DNA from: Candidatus Latescibacterota bacterium
Lineage (GTDB): Bacteria; Latescibacterota; UBA2968; GCA-2709665
Assembly: GCA_965116875.1 (NCBI GenBank)
Contig: OZ220733.1
Location: 3,008,001-3,072,000 of the forward strand
Direction: 5' to 3'
DNA: 64,000 bases
The stretch's first letter is position 1. Every line of letters begins with the position of its first letter. Below the pieces are notes generated by a model. That model was not told the origin of the DNA. It did no database searches and saw nothing but the letters and a program-made list of their open reading frames with translations. The translations under genes were made by a program, and so were the position numbers. This document shows, in pieces, positions 10,575 through 20,524 of the stretch.

Positions 10575-11480
10575 ATGAATTCCAAAGCCGTTTGGGACAT
10601 CCCGGAACCGCTCGCCACATTCGATGTTCCCGTGGATGACAACACCCGCATCACCCTGCGGCGCCATGGAAATCCCAGGGGTCCCCGTCTCATACTCACC
10701 CATGGCAACGGTCTCGCGATCGATCTCTATTATCCGTTCTGGTCATTGCTGCTGGACGAATTCGACCTGATTGTCTACGACCTGAGGAACCACGGTTGGA
10801 ACACGGTCAGTTCCATTCATGAGCATAGTGTTCCCACGTTCGTGAATGACCACGACCGTATTCTCGAAGCGATCGACCGGCACTGGGGGAAGAGGCCGAA
10901 AATAGGCGTATTCCACTCGGTTTCGTCCCTGACCACGCTGCTTTCGCCCGTCAGAGGCGACGGATTCTCCGCGTGTGTTCTTTTCGACCCCCCTCTGTGC
11001 AAGCACGGCGCCAGTTACGAAGAATTCGATGCCGCGGCGGAGCGCGTGGCCGCGATGACGCGACGTCGCGCGAACCATTTCAATACCAGGGAGGAATTCG
11101 CGGACGTACTGCCCTATCTGCCGACGTTCCAGCGCGTCGTGCCCGGCGTCTTCGAACTTGTGGCAAGAACGACGCTTCGCAGATCCACGAACCGGCCGGG
11201 TTTTGAACTCCGGTGTCCGCGTGAATACGAAGCGCAAATCGTCGACTATGCCGCCACTTTTGCCGTGCTGGTGGACTTTCCGAAGTTTCGTTGCCCGTTA
11301 AAGGTGATCGGCGCCGATCCCACGTTGCCATTCTCATATCTTCCGACGCTCGATCTTAGCGATATCGTAACCGTCGACTACGATTTCCTCCCTGAAACAA
11401 CCCACCTCCTGCTATTGGAACAGCCCGCGGAGTGCGCCGAGGCGATGCGCGAATTCCTCGAGAGTCATTCGCTCATCTGA
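10575..11480 (+). CDS. Alpha/beta hydrolase, SupD/SupE-like
   Basis: THGNG oxyanion motif, YDLRNHG, atypical nucleophile elbow FHSVS, C-terminal His (TTHLL). Confidence 0.8.
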   Translation: MNSKAVWDIPEPLATFDVPVDDNTRITLRRHGNPRGPRLILTHGNGLAIDLYYPFWSLLLDEFDLIVYDLRNHGWNTVSSIHEHSVPTFVNDHDRILEAIDRHWGKRPKIGVFHSVSSLTTLLSPVRGDGFSACVLFDPPLCKHGASYEEFDAAAERVAAMTRRRANHFNTREEFADVLPYLPTFQRVVPGVFELVARTTLRRSTNRPGFELRCPREYEAQIVDYAATFAVLVDFPKFRCPLKVIGADPTLPFSYLPTLDLSDIVTVDYDFLPETTHLLLLEQPAECAEAMREFLESHSLI

Positions 11481-11484
11481 TTCC

Positions 11485-12090
11485 ATGGCGTCCCACTTTC
11501 GTACTTCTTTCATGCCTCGCCTGTCGTTGTTTATCATTGCCGGTATTCTTGCCTGCCCGCCTGCTTCCTCGATAGCGCAGGAACAGTCCGAAGACAGCGC
11601 GAAGGCGTGGTCAACAACGCTCAGGATGATTCGCGCCAGGTTTCCTGCCGTCGCCCAGGTCCCGACCGATTCGCTGCAGTCGTGGCTCGACAGGTCGCCG
11701 AAACAGGAAGATCTCATTCTGCTGGACGCACGGGAATCAGAGGAATATGCCGTCAGCCATCTCCGCGGCGCCCTTCCGGTGGCCTCGAAGGAAGAGGCAT
11801 TGAAAGTACTCCGTGGCGCACCCGCGAACCGTCGGATCGTCGTGTACTGTTCCGTGGGGTACCGATCGTCTGAACTCGCCGGATTCCTTATGGAGAAAGG
11901 CTACAGGAGAGTCTGCAATCTGGAAGGATCGATTTTCAGATGGGCCAACGAAGGTCGGCCTGTCTACCGGGGCCGAAAACATGTGCGGGTCGTCCACCCG
12001 TACGACGGTTACTGGGGCCGCCTGTTGAAGAAGCCTCTGCATCCGGTGGATCCGGCCCAATCGCGGGATTCACAGTCGCCTTCGCAATAG
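11485..12090 (+). CDS. Rhodanese-like domain protein with N-terminal signal peptide
   Basis: LLDARESEEYAVSHL, VVYCSVGYRS active loop, NLEGSIFRW; hydrophobic N-terminus. Confidence 0.85.
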   Translation: MASHFRTSFMPRLSLFIIAGILACPPASSIAQEQSEDSAKAWSTTLRMIRARFPAVAQVPTDSLQSWLDRSPKQEDLILLDARESEEYAVSHLRGALPVASKEEALKVLRGAPANRRIVVYCSVGYRSSELAGFLMEKGYRRVCNLEGSIFRWANEGRPVYRGRKHVRVVHPYDGYWGRLLKKPLHPVDPAQSRDSQSPSQ

Positions 12091-12111
12091 CAGTCCGACC
12101 CGGAGTTCAGA

Positions 12112-12795
12112 GTGAAACTGATCGTTACGAACGACGACGGGATTGACGCCGAGGGGTTGAAAACACTGGTTCGCCTGGCAGCGCGGTGGGGCGACGTCGT
12201 CGTTGCGGCGCCTGCAGAGCCTCAGTCCGGGGTCGGACACAGGTTGACGACCGACCGTCCGATTCGTGTGGATCGAATGTCGCAATCTCGTTACCGGATA
12301 TGGGGTTCGCCTGCGGACTGCACGCGTCTGGCCCTGAGCCGGTTGGCGCCCGATGGCGACTGGTTGCTCTCCGGGATCAATAACGGAAGCAATCTCGGGG
12401 TGGACGTCTACGATTCCGGGACCGTGGCAGCGGCCCGAGAGGCGGCCATTCTTGGATATAAGGCCGTCGCCCTGTCACACTATCGGGAGAAGGACCGGAC
12501 CATCGACTGGCGTCTTGCCGAAAAACGGCTTGAGCCGCTTCTGAAAAGAATACTGAGGGAAGCGCTGGAACCGGGGTGTTTTCTCAGCGTGAATCTGCCG
12601 CATCCTCAACACGAAAGGGACCGTCTCGAAACAAGAACGACACACGTGGACACCAGTCCCAACCTGATTACGTTCGCGCGAACGGGGGACGAATTTCTGT
12701 ACACAGGTATCTATCAGGACCGCCCGCGAAAACCCCGTAGCGATATTGACACCTGTTTCAACGGCCATATTTCGATCTCGAAAATCCGCGTTTGA
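12112..12795 (+). CDS. surE: 5'/3'-nucleotidase SurE
   Basis: TNDDG, GSPADC, SGINNGSNLG and SGTV motifs. Confidence 0.92.
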   Translation: MKLIVTNDDGIDAEGLKTLVRLAARWGDVVVAAPAEPQSGVGHRLTTDRPIRVDRMSQSRYRIWGSPADCTRLALSRLAPDGDWLLSGINNGSNLGVDVYDSGTVAAAREAAILGYKAVALSHYREKDRTIDWRLAEKRLEPLLKRILREALEPGCFLSVNLPHPQHERDRLETRTTHVDTSPNLITFARTGDEFLYTGIYQDRPRKPRSDIDTCFNGHISISKIRV

Positions 12796-12989
12796 GCGAA
12801 TCGTGCCGTTATCACTGTGCTGCCCGGAAACGACCCTGAGCACGCAAAGGCGGGCGTCCATCAATCGCGTTTCGCTTCGTTCTCTATAATGAGTCAGTCA
12901 AAACGTGGACATTGAGCTTGATGCGAGCCAGGTGCAATGGTGACCGAAATTCAGCGATCTCATTCCGCGATAGAACCCAAGGAGGCCCT

Positions 12990-13844
12990 ATGCCATCGCT
13001 CTCAAACACCAGCAAGGGAGTCGACAATCCCTGGTACCCGGAAGGCGGTCCGGGACGCCACCTCAAAGCCCGTCTGAAAAAGGGCGAGGTGTTGATCGGC
13101 GCGACGATCGAGGCGTACGCCCATCCTTCGCTCGTTAAGATGTTCCAACATGCCGGCTTCGACTTCGTATACATCGAGTACGAGCACAGCCTCTTCGACC
13201 TGCAGGACCTGGCCGACACCATTCTCTCCGCCCGAGACAACGGCTTGCCGGTCATCGCCAAGACCCCCCAACTCGAACGGCAAGAGGTCGCGAAGCTGCT
13301 GGAGGCGGGCGTGGTGGGAATCCAGCTTCCCCGTACGGAAACCCGGGAGCAGGTCGAGCGCCTGCTCAGCTACCTGAAATTTCCCCCCGCGGGGACCCGC
13401 GCCGTGGCGCCGGGGTGGGGCAACAGCGACTACAGGGAGGTTACGGACTGGCGGGGCTGGATGGACGAACAGGACCGGGAGACCACGCTCGTGGTCCATC
13501 TGGAGACGGTCAGGGGATATCGAAACGCAGAGGAGATTCTGAGTCACCCCGGCGTGGACATGTGCTTCGTTGGACCGGGAGACACCTCCATCGAGTTCGG
13601 ACATCCCGGCGACTTCGATCACCCTGAGGTGCGCCGCCCGATGGAAGATGCCCTGAAACTATGCAGGAAACACGGCGTGGCCTTCGGCACCATGCCCTGG
13701 AGCGCCGCCGCCGCGGGGGAGTGGGCGCGAAGGGGCGCCACGTTCTACGAAGCCACTTCGGAATTGGGATTCATCCGGGAGGGAGCCGCCGCCCTGGTGG
13801 AGGAATACCGGACTCAACTGGCGTCCTGTCCCGGGAATGCCTGA
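12990..13844 (+). CDS. HpcH/HpaI aldolase family protein
   Basis: GFDFVYIEYEH, HLETVRG, GVDMCFVGPGD; RBS AAGGAGG before ATG 12990. Confidence 0.88.
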   Translation: MPSLSNTSKGVDNPWYPEGGPGRHLKARLKKGEVLIGATIEAYAHPSLVKMFQHAGFDFVYIEYEHSLFDLQDLADTILSARDNGLPVIAKTPQLERQEVAKLLEAGVVGIQLPRTETREQVERLLSYLKFPPAGTRAVAPGWGNSDYREVTDWRGWMDEQDRETTLVVHLETVRGYRNAEEILSHPGVDMCFVGPGDTSIEFGHPGDFDHPEVRRPMEDALKLCRKHGVAFGTMPWSAAAAGEWARRGATFYEATSELGFIREGAAALVEEYRTQLASCPGNA

Positions 13845-13868
13845 TCATTCGGCCGCGGATCCACCGTG

Positions 13869-15611
13869 TCAGGAACCTGCCTGCGGGGACACTCTCACGG
13901 TAACGATGTCCATGCCGTGGTACTTCTGGTGCCGGACCGAAGAAGCGTAATGTCGCAGAATTCGAAACGATATCTCGCTCTCGTCCGGGGTCTCCGCCTG
14001 TTCGTCGAGATAGGCGAGACGGTCTTCCAGGTTTTCTTCGTCGAATACCGCGACGAATTCCAGTTCCACCGTCTCCCCTTCTTTGCGGGCAACGACGATC
14101 AGGCGCGGCACGTCGTCCGGAGAGCGTTTGTTGGCCGGCTCCAGCAGGCTCGCAAGCGTCTCCTCGCCCGCGGAGCGCAACCGCCCGGTCGCTTCCGCGT
14201 CCCAGCCCAACCCCTCCGCAACCTCCGTAAGAAACGCGTCGATACGCGGAAGTTCTGAATTGTCCAGCCGCGTCTCCAGGCGTCGGCGGCGCGGACTCGT
14301 CATTTCAAGGAAAACTGTGAGTCCGATGGCCGTCGCCGTACCGATGGTCATCCCGTTGCCGAGCAATGCGCCCCAGGGACTTCCCAGGATATCCTCCAGG
14401 ATATTCTGGTGTTGCATACCGAGGCCGATGGAGAACGCCAGCCCAGCCACGATCGCATGTTGCAGGTCGAGGCCGGCCCGCGACAGCGTCTGTATTCCCT
14501 CAACGAAAAACATGCCGAGTGCGAACAGAAGAAAGCCGCCCATGACCGGACCGGGAATGGTGAGCAGGACACCCGTTACCTTGGGAAAGAAGGCCAGAAT
14601 CACCAGAAGGCCGCCCATGGAATAGCCAACGGTGCGGGCGGACACGCCCGTGAGATTGATGAGCGACGTCGTAAACGACGAATAGGTGCTCGTGGGCGGC
14701 GTGCCGGCAATGCCGGACATCAGAATGCCCGCGCCGTTGGCATAGAGCGAGCCTTGAATCAATCGGAAATCGGTCGCGCGAGGCCTGCTCCGCGCCACCC
14801 GTTGCGCCACCACCCCGTCGCTGATGCCCTTGATGGCCTGTACCAGGGTCACAATGAGAAACATGGGCAGCAGCGCCCAGAAGCCGGTGCTTGGAGTCAG
14901 GTCCACATGCGGAAAACCGCCATAGGGAATTCCCACCCAAGATGTACCGCTCAATCGCGCGAAATCGAATAGCCCGAACGGCGCGGCGGCCGCACAGCCC
15001 GCGGCGATTCCTCCCAGTAGAGACCACATTCGCAATGACGGGGGAGCGCGCAATATCAGCATCGTTGAAACAACCAGCGTCACCGCCGCAACACAGGGAC
15101 CCGCCGCTCCGGGTGCGGTTTCAGGCACGTCTTTCAACCGATCGAGGGCAAACGGTATGACCATGGCCGCGATCAGCATTTGTACGGTACCGGAGACGAC
15201 AGGCGTTATGATACGGCGCAGAAGCGGAAGCCATGCGCCCACCGCGACGTAGAATAAAGAGGAGACGACAACAAGCCCGGCCAGCATTGAGGGACCGCCC
15301 TCCTCCAGGGCAAGAATCGAGACGGCGATGAAATTCGGCGTGACACCCGTTATCAGCAGGTGGCCGCCGCCCAACCGTCCGATCCTGGCGGCCTGTAAGG
15401 CGGTGGCCGCGCCGGTAAGGATCAGTGCCGCGAACACGGCCCACGACATGAATCGTTGATCCTGGCCGGCTGCAAGAACCGAAATGGCCACGACCAGCAC
15501 AGTGGGCGTCAGCACGATCACGATACCCTGAATGCCCACCCCGATTGTCAATAGCAGGGGGCAGGCCTGGTCCGTTTCGTACCGGATTCTCTCGTCTGCG
15601 GGGACCGGCAT
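13869..15611 (-). CDS. NCS2 (xanthine/uracil permease-fold) transporter fused to a C-terminal degenerate HATPase_c_2 (RsbW-like) domain
   Basis: About 435 aa multi-TM region (RRIITPVVSG, TGVSAR, FFPK, IPGPVMGG) followed by a ~140-aa soluble tail resembling anti-sigma kinases (ELPRIDAFL..GWDAE..RLRSAGEETLASLL..FRILRHYASSVRHQ). RBS GGGAGG. Confidence 0.8.
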   Translation of the reverse strand: MPVPADERIRYETDQACPLLLTIGVGIQGIVIVLTPTVLVVAISVLAAGQDQRFMSWAVFAALILTGAATALQAARIGRLGGGHLLITGVTPNFIAVSILALEEGGPSMLAGLVVVSSLFYVAVGAWLPLLRRIITPVVSGTVQMLIAAMVIPFALDRLKDVPETAPGAAGPCVAAVTLVVSTMLILRAPPSLRMWSLLGGIAAGCAAAAPFGLFDFARLSGTSWVGIPYGGFPHVDLTPSTGFWALLPMFLIVTLVQAIKGISDGVVAQRVARSRPRATDFRLIQGSLYANGAGILMSGIAGTPPTSTYSSFTTSLINLTGVSARTVGYSMGGLLVILAFFPKVTGVLLTIPGPVMGGFLLFALGMFFVEGIQTLSRAGLDLQHAIVAGLAFSIGLGMQHQNILEDILGSPWGALLGNGMTIGTATAIGLTVFLEMTSPRRRRLETRLDNSELPRIDAFLTEVAEGLGWDAEATGRLRSAGEETLASLLEPANKRSPDDVPRLIVVARKEGETVELEFVAVFDEENLEDRLAYLDEQAETPDESEISFRILRHYASSVRHQKYHGMDIVTVRVSPQAGS

Positions 15612-15893
15612 CAGGTGCGCCTCCCGTTCAGTCTCTTGGGGAGTCGGGTGAATCTGTGGATCGGTTCTACCTCACGAAAAAGCCCTTTTAAAATCCTTTG
15701 CGGGTCGCCCGCGTGCCCACTGTCCGAATGCTCGCGCGCCGCCCGGTAATCGGAATTCTAAAAAGGCTTCCTTGCGTTCCAGGGCCGCCTGTTTCGACCC
15801 CCCGGTCACAACATCCCGTACCCATCATCGCAAGATCGTTGTTTCAGGACTCCCTCAACCATTCCGGGACTTCCGGCAGGATGGGAACTTCCG

Positions 15894-16175
15894 CTATTCC
15901 CGCCTATCGACAACCTCGCTGAGCTTCTCATCTGCCAGACTGAACAGCCCTGCCAGGTACTGTTTGCGCAACAGGTTGAGTTCATTAACCTTCTCCCAGA
16001 GCGCCTCCTCGATCCTGGCGGCCGCTTTTTCGCGCACGTCCGAAGAGAGGGTGTTGTCATTCCTGAATTCATACTTGTCGATCGTGAATTCAGCGATGTC
16101 GGAGATGTTATCGCCGATGATTTGCATGTCGATCGCGCTCTGCATCGATCCGATTTTTTCTTCATCACTGTTCAT
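15894..16175 (-). CDS. Small acidic helical hypothetical protein (93 aa)
   Basis: Protein-like composition, GGAG RBS, co-oriented between the STAS and permease genes. Confidence 0.7.
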   Translation of the reverse strand: MNSDEEKIGSMQSAIDMQIIGDNISDIAEFTIDKYEFRNDNTLSSDVREKAAARIEEALWEKVNELNLLRKQYLAGLFSLADEKLSEVVDRRE

Positions 16176-16244
16176 CTCGCTACTCCGTTTCGGTTGGGTC
16201 GGTCTTCGGTTTCACTGGTGAATAGATATCGCGCAAGATGCAAC

Positions 16245-16592
16245 TCAATTACTTTTGAACGCCGAAATTGCATCGGCCTGTGAGTCGTAAATGTCGATAA
16301 TTTGATCGAAACCGCTGACTGAAATAACCTCACCGACCGGATCGGTGAGCTTGCAAACGCCGAATCGCTTTCCCGGATCCTTGAATTTCCAGGCGATGAT
16401 CACACCAACGCGAAGCCCCGCGCTGCTGATGAAAGTCACCTGCTCGAAATCCAGAATCAAGGCACTGTCTTCCGGGCCGATTCCAAACTCCAGCGTATCC
16501 TGAAGAACAGCGGCATTGCTGCCGTCGATGCGACCCGCGAGCACCGCGATGAGAACGCCGTCCTTCCGCTCCCATTTGATGTCCAGATCCAT
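16245..16592 (-). CDS. STAS-domain anti-sigma factor antagonist (RsbV/SpoIIAA-like)
   Basis: GRID, ILDFEQVTFISSAGLR (phospho-Ser motif), VSGF; RBS AGGAAGGA. Confidence 0.92.
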   Translation of the reverse strand: MDLDIKWERKDGVLIAVLAGRIDGSNAAVLQDTLEFGIGPEDSALILDFEQVTFISSAGLRVGVIIAWKFKDPGKRFGVCKLTDPVGEVISVSGFDQIIDIYDSQADAISAFKSN

Positions 16593-16991
16593 GACAAGCA
16601 GTCCTTCCTGCCTATTTTCAACCCGCCTAGAACGAATGGAACCGCCACGTTGCAGTACTCGGGAGGACAAATCACGTCTCTGAAGCCAATGACACGAAGA
16701 CAGTCGTTGACAACGAGGGTGGACTATATAAAAAATCTAAAGGAATTATCGCCAATCGCAACCCTGCGAAGCGTCATTTCGGGAATGGCGCCGCCGGGCA
16801 CATGGAGGGCGCGGGAGGAAGGGTCGCAGGGTACGGCATCGCAGGGCCTGTTTTCTCTAACGGACACGACGCCAGTGTCCCAATCGCTCCCGATAGTACT
16901 GAGGAAATTTCACGGGCCCCGAGCGGACCTGGAAATTCACGATCCGTTCAGGGCCGAGGTCGACCGGTTGGTAGGTTGTTCCGCCACAGGC

Positions 16992-17849
16992 TCAGGGGCT
17001 TTCAGGATCCTCGCACAATTCAGCTATCATACCCGCATTTTCTGCGAGTTGGTCGTTGAATTTCTGGTACATCCCCACCAGAAGGACGTCGTTGGCCTTG
17101 ATGTTTCTGAGGGCAAACGCGAATTCCTCCCGGATCTGGTTTCTCGAAGCGACGGCGCGTCCGGCCGCGAGGACTTTGAAGACGATACAGGGTTTGTCGG
17201 TATTCTGAATCAATCCACACATCCGGTCGCGATGTTCGCGGAGATAGATTTCACCAAGGGGCGGATGGCCGAATTTTCGTTCGAACTCCTCCCGGGCGCC
17301 TTCCAGATAATACAGGGCGGTCATGTAATAGTCGATGTCCCAATCTTCCTCTTCGGCAATATCGACGATACGGGGATTGTGTACCGACAAGCCGACCATC
17401 GCGCCGGTGTTTCGAATGCGTTTGAGGATATCCCGAAGATGTTCGAGGCGATTCTCCCTGAGACACCGCCCGGCGACACCGCTTCCGTGGGGGGCCATTC
17501 CGATGGGTTCATGCGTAGCGGCTTCGTCGATCAGCGAGGGTTCGTCGTACCAGTTTCCGCCCCCGCTGAGACAGAAGTAATGGATCGCGCCTCCCTCGCC
17601 GCGGTATCGCCGAAGATCGGCGGCAGAACGTTCGGTAAGCGTATTCTGCCAGGCGTTTACGCCGACTTCTTCCGCGCGGCGCAAGGTCGCCATCACCTGG
17701 TCGGAAGTATTGGCTTCTCTCTGATGTTCGGAGAGCAGTTGATTGAAATGGGAATAACCGTAGATCGGATTATCGCCCATGATGAGCCGGCTGATCCGAT
17801 ATCGCCCGAACGGTACGGTTGGCAGGGTGTGGGCATTTGATGAAGGCAA
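16992..17849 (-). CDS. Aldo/keto-reductase-like TIM-barrel hypothetical protein
   Basis: LPTVPFG..ISRLIMG.NP N-terminus, GLSVHNP, KPCIVFKVLAAGR; TTG start after AGAGGAGA. Confidence 0.65.
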   Translation of the reverse strand: MPSSNAHTLPTVPFGRYRISRLIMGDNPIYGYSHFNQLLSEHQREANTSDQVMATLRRAEEVGVNAWQNTLTERSAADLRRYRGEGGAIHYFCLSGGGNWYDEPSLIDEAATHEPIGMAPHGSGVAGRCLRENRLEHLRDILKRIRNTGAMVGLSVHNPRIVDIAEEEDWDIDYYMTALYYLEGAREEFERKFGHPPLGEIYLREHRDRMCGLIQNTDKPCIVFKVLAAGRAVASRNQIREEFAFALRNIKANDVLLVGMYQKFNDQLAENAGMIAELCEDPESP

Positions 17850-17969
17850 GTCGTTTCTCCTCTGTCCAGTCCGCAACGAAAGTTTCGTCTTCTTCCCGAA
17901 GTACTTGACCGTGGTGAGGCATTCCTCAATCCAACCCTGATGACGCAGCGGTTGTCTGATGGGTACCTG

Positions 17970-19037
17970 TCATTCAAACACCAGCACCGTTCGCGCCACT
18001 TTCCCCTGGAGCATGTCTTCGAACGCCTCGTTGATCTCATCCAGAGGTCGATAGCGGGAAATGAGTTCGTCCAATTTAACTTTCCCTTGCCGATACAAGT
18101 CCAGAATCCAGAGAAAATCCACGCGGGCGCGGGCGGCGCCGTGCCAGGAACCCATCACGGCGCGGTCCATTAGCAGATCCTCACCGGCAATGCACACATC
18201 CTGTCCGGTTGGCTGCACCCCCACCATAACCGCGGTACCACTGGTGCGGACCGATGCAAACGTCTGCCTGACCAGCGCCGGAAAACCCACGACCTCGAAG
18301 GCATAGTCCGCCCCTCCCCCTGTAATCTCCACGATCCGCTGAACGGGGTCCTCACTGTCCGCGTTGACGAAATGCGTGGCGCCGAACTGTTCCGCCAGTT
18401 CCAACTTGTAGGGCACCGTGTCCACCGCAATGATCTTGCCGGCCGATGCGAGCACTCCGCCCTGGATGACGTTGAGGCCCACTCCGCCGCAGCCGAACAC
18501 GGCCATTGCGGCGCCCGCCTCCACCTGCGCGCGATTCACCACGGCGCCGATCCCGGTGATGACCGCGCAACTGATCAGGCACGCTTTCCTGAGATCCGTG
18601 TCATCCGGCACCTTCACGCACGCATCCGCCGATACAATAGTCTGTTCGGTATAGGTGGGCCTGTTGTGAAAATAGACCGTCCCGTTCCTGGATATACGAT
18701 TCGCTACTCTGCCCTGGTGGGTCTCGCACAGGGCAGGGCTTCCCTGGCTGCAATTCCGGCAGTGGCCGCACATTGCATCCAGCGAGAGGATGATCTTGTC
18801 GCCGGGACGTACGCTCGTCACGCCGGGGCCGACCTCCGCGACCACCCCCGCGCCTTCGTGTCCCATGACCCAGGGAAGCCCGCGAGGCGCGACGTGACCG
18901 TCAACGTAGTGGTAGTCGCTGTGGCAGACACCGGCGCCGACGATATCCAGAAGCACTTCACCCGCCTGGGGCGATGCGATATCCACGTCTTCGACGGAGA
19001 CGCGGGTCAGCGGTCTGTGGAGGACGGCGGCTTTCAT
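17970..19037 (-). CDS. Zinc-dependent alcohol dehydrogenase (MDR family)
   Basis: GVCHSD, GHEGAG, structural Zn CGHCRNC..C, GCGGVG. Confidence 0.93.
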   Translation of the reverse strand: MKAAVLHRPLTRVSVEDVDIASPQAGEVLLDIVGAGVCHSDYHYVDGHVAPRGLPWVMGHEGAGVVAEVGPGVTSVRPGDKIILSLDAMCGHCRNCSQGSPALCETHQGRVANRISRNGTVYFHNRPTYTEQTIVSADACVKVPDDTDLRKACLISCAVITGIGAVVNRAQVEAGAAMAVFGCGGVGLNVIQGGVLASAGKIIAVDTVPYKLELAEQFGATHFVNADSEDPVQRIVEITGGGADYAFEVVGFPALVRQTFASVRTSGTAVMVGVQPTGQDVCIAGEDLLMDRAVMGSWHGAARARVDFLWILDLYRQGKVKLDELISRYRPLDEINEAFEDMLQGKVARTVLVFE

Positions 19038-19124
19038 ATCTGTCTCTTTTCGCAAATGGCGTTGGAAAACAAGGCGATATATCGGAATGACAGATGTGCT
19101 GATCTCAGGGCGATTCCGGAAGGG

Positions 19125-19703
19125 TCAACCCGTCTCGACGCCGATGCGGGCAAGGACGTCCGACCACCGTTTCGCGTGACTGTCATGGGTGTGCAGGGGC
19201 CGGAAGCCGGCGGAGAGATAGCTCTTGATGGCCGGGACGCGCCAGTCGTCGGTCAGCAGGTGGGCCTGGCGATAGCCCAGGTCCCTGAGCCTGTGGAGTA
19301 CGGCCGAATTGACAAGGTGTCCCAGGCCTTTGCCGCGCTGGTCTTCGAGTACGGCAACCATGTGCACTTCACCCACGATACGCTCCGTCAGGTCCCGGCT
19401 CCAGGCGCACGCGGAACCCACAAGCCGGGAATCGAGGGTGGCAAAAAAGAGGCTGTGGGGGTGAAACCGCGGATCGTTAACGAGTTTCTCGCGACACAGT
19501 TCAGGCGTCCAGTCCCGCCCCACGTTGCCTTCCATGATTGCGCACCACCCTGCTTCGTCGCCGGAACGGTAGGTTCGCAGGCCATACCCTTCCGGGATCC
19601 GGATTTCCGGCAGGTCCTGCAACGTATCCCTCTGCATTTCCAGCTGGGGCGACGGTGGTGGCGGCGGCTTGGCGTTCAACATGGAGAGAATCCTGCGAAA
19701 CAT
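19125..19703 (-). CDS. GNAT family N-acetyltransferase
   Basis: VAVLEDQRGKGLG acetyl-CoA motif and AIKSYLSAGF. Confidence 0.88.
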   Translation of the reverse strand: MFRRILSMLNAKPPPPPSPQLEMQRDTLQDLPEIRIPEGYGLRTYRSGDEAGWCAIMEGNVGRDWTPELCREKLVNDPRFHPHSLFFATLDSRLVGSACAWSRDLTERIVGEVHMVAVLEDQRGKGLGHLVNSAVLHRLRDLGYRQAHLLTDDWRVPAIKSYLSAGFRPLHTHDSHAKRWSDVLARIGVETG

Positions 19704-20006
19704 GGCTTGTTTCTCGTCAGAAATCCGTGCCAGGAGCCGGACACAGACCGGACAGACGCTTTCAACGGTCCGTCAGGGGACCCCTGGAGACCGTCGTCGA
19801 CGGATTCGTGATTGGCGCATCTCACTTCAATCGTACTCCGTATTGAGCGACAATATGAGCGACGTCGCAGTCTGTGTCAACGGATATTCGCCCGTTCGAG
19901 CCGTGAATCGGCGGCCGGGATTCCCGCGTTCAGGGCTGGATTGCCGCTCCCTGCCGGACCTCATAAACGCACGCTGAAATATGCGTATTGATTGTTCTGG
20001 AATGGC

Positions 20007-20035
20007 TTGACATTTAACAATCCTTATGATATACT
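20007..20035 (+). promoter_or_regulatory. Near-consensus sigma70 promoter of the nuo(-mrp-atp) cluster
   Basis: TTGACA-N17-TATACT with an extended -10 TG, about 70 nt before nuoA. Confidence 0.8.
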
Positions 20036-20102
20036 AACACCGCCGAAAAGCGGTCGTCGGAAGAAGTGCTGTTTTTTAGCCCGCGAGAGGTCCAGGGACA
20101 CG

Positions 20103-20468
20103 ATGCTGGTCGATTATCTTCCGATTGTTATTCTGATGGCAGTGGCCGTGGGTTTTGCAGCCGTCAGTTTAATCATTACGCATCTGTTCGGACCCCGCCG
20201 TCCCAACCCGGTGAAATTGTCGCCGTACGAGTCGGGCGTACCTCCCGTGGGGGACGCCAGGCTGCGGTTTTCCGTCAAGTTTTACGTTGTGGCGATGCTG
20301 TTTATCGTCTTCGATATCGAAGTCGTTTTTCTATACCCCTGGGCCGTTGTCTTTAAGGATCTGCTGGCTCAGGGGACCTTTGTTTTTACGGAGATGGCGG
20401 TGTTTCTCGGGGTTCTGGTTCTCGGGCTCGCGTATGTCTGGCGGAAGGGCGGGCTGGATTGGGACTGA
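20103..20468 (+). CDS. nuoA: NADH-quinone oxidoreductase subunit A
   Basis: PYESG, FSVKFY, FDIEVVFLYPW, KGGLDW. Confidence 0.96.
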   Translation: MLVDYLPIVILMAVAVGFAAVSLIITHLFGPRRPNPVKLSPYESGVPPVGDARLRFSVKFYVVAMLFIVFDIEVVFLYPWAVVFKDLLAQGTFVFTEMAVFLGVLVLGLAYVWRKGGLDWD

Positions 20469-20524
20469 GATCGGCAGAGACCTGGAAACAGACTTTCAAC
20501 GACTGGAAATGATTGGGCCAACGC

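Noticed and set aside
16650-19811. Long plus-strand ORFs 16650-17840 and 18372-19811
   Set aside because: Antisense shadows of recognisable minus-strand genes in high-GC DNA, with no motifs.
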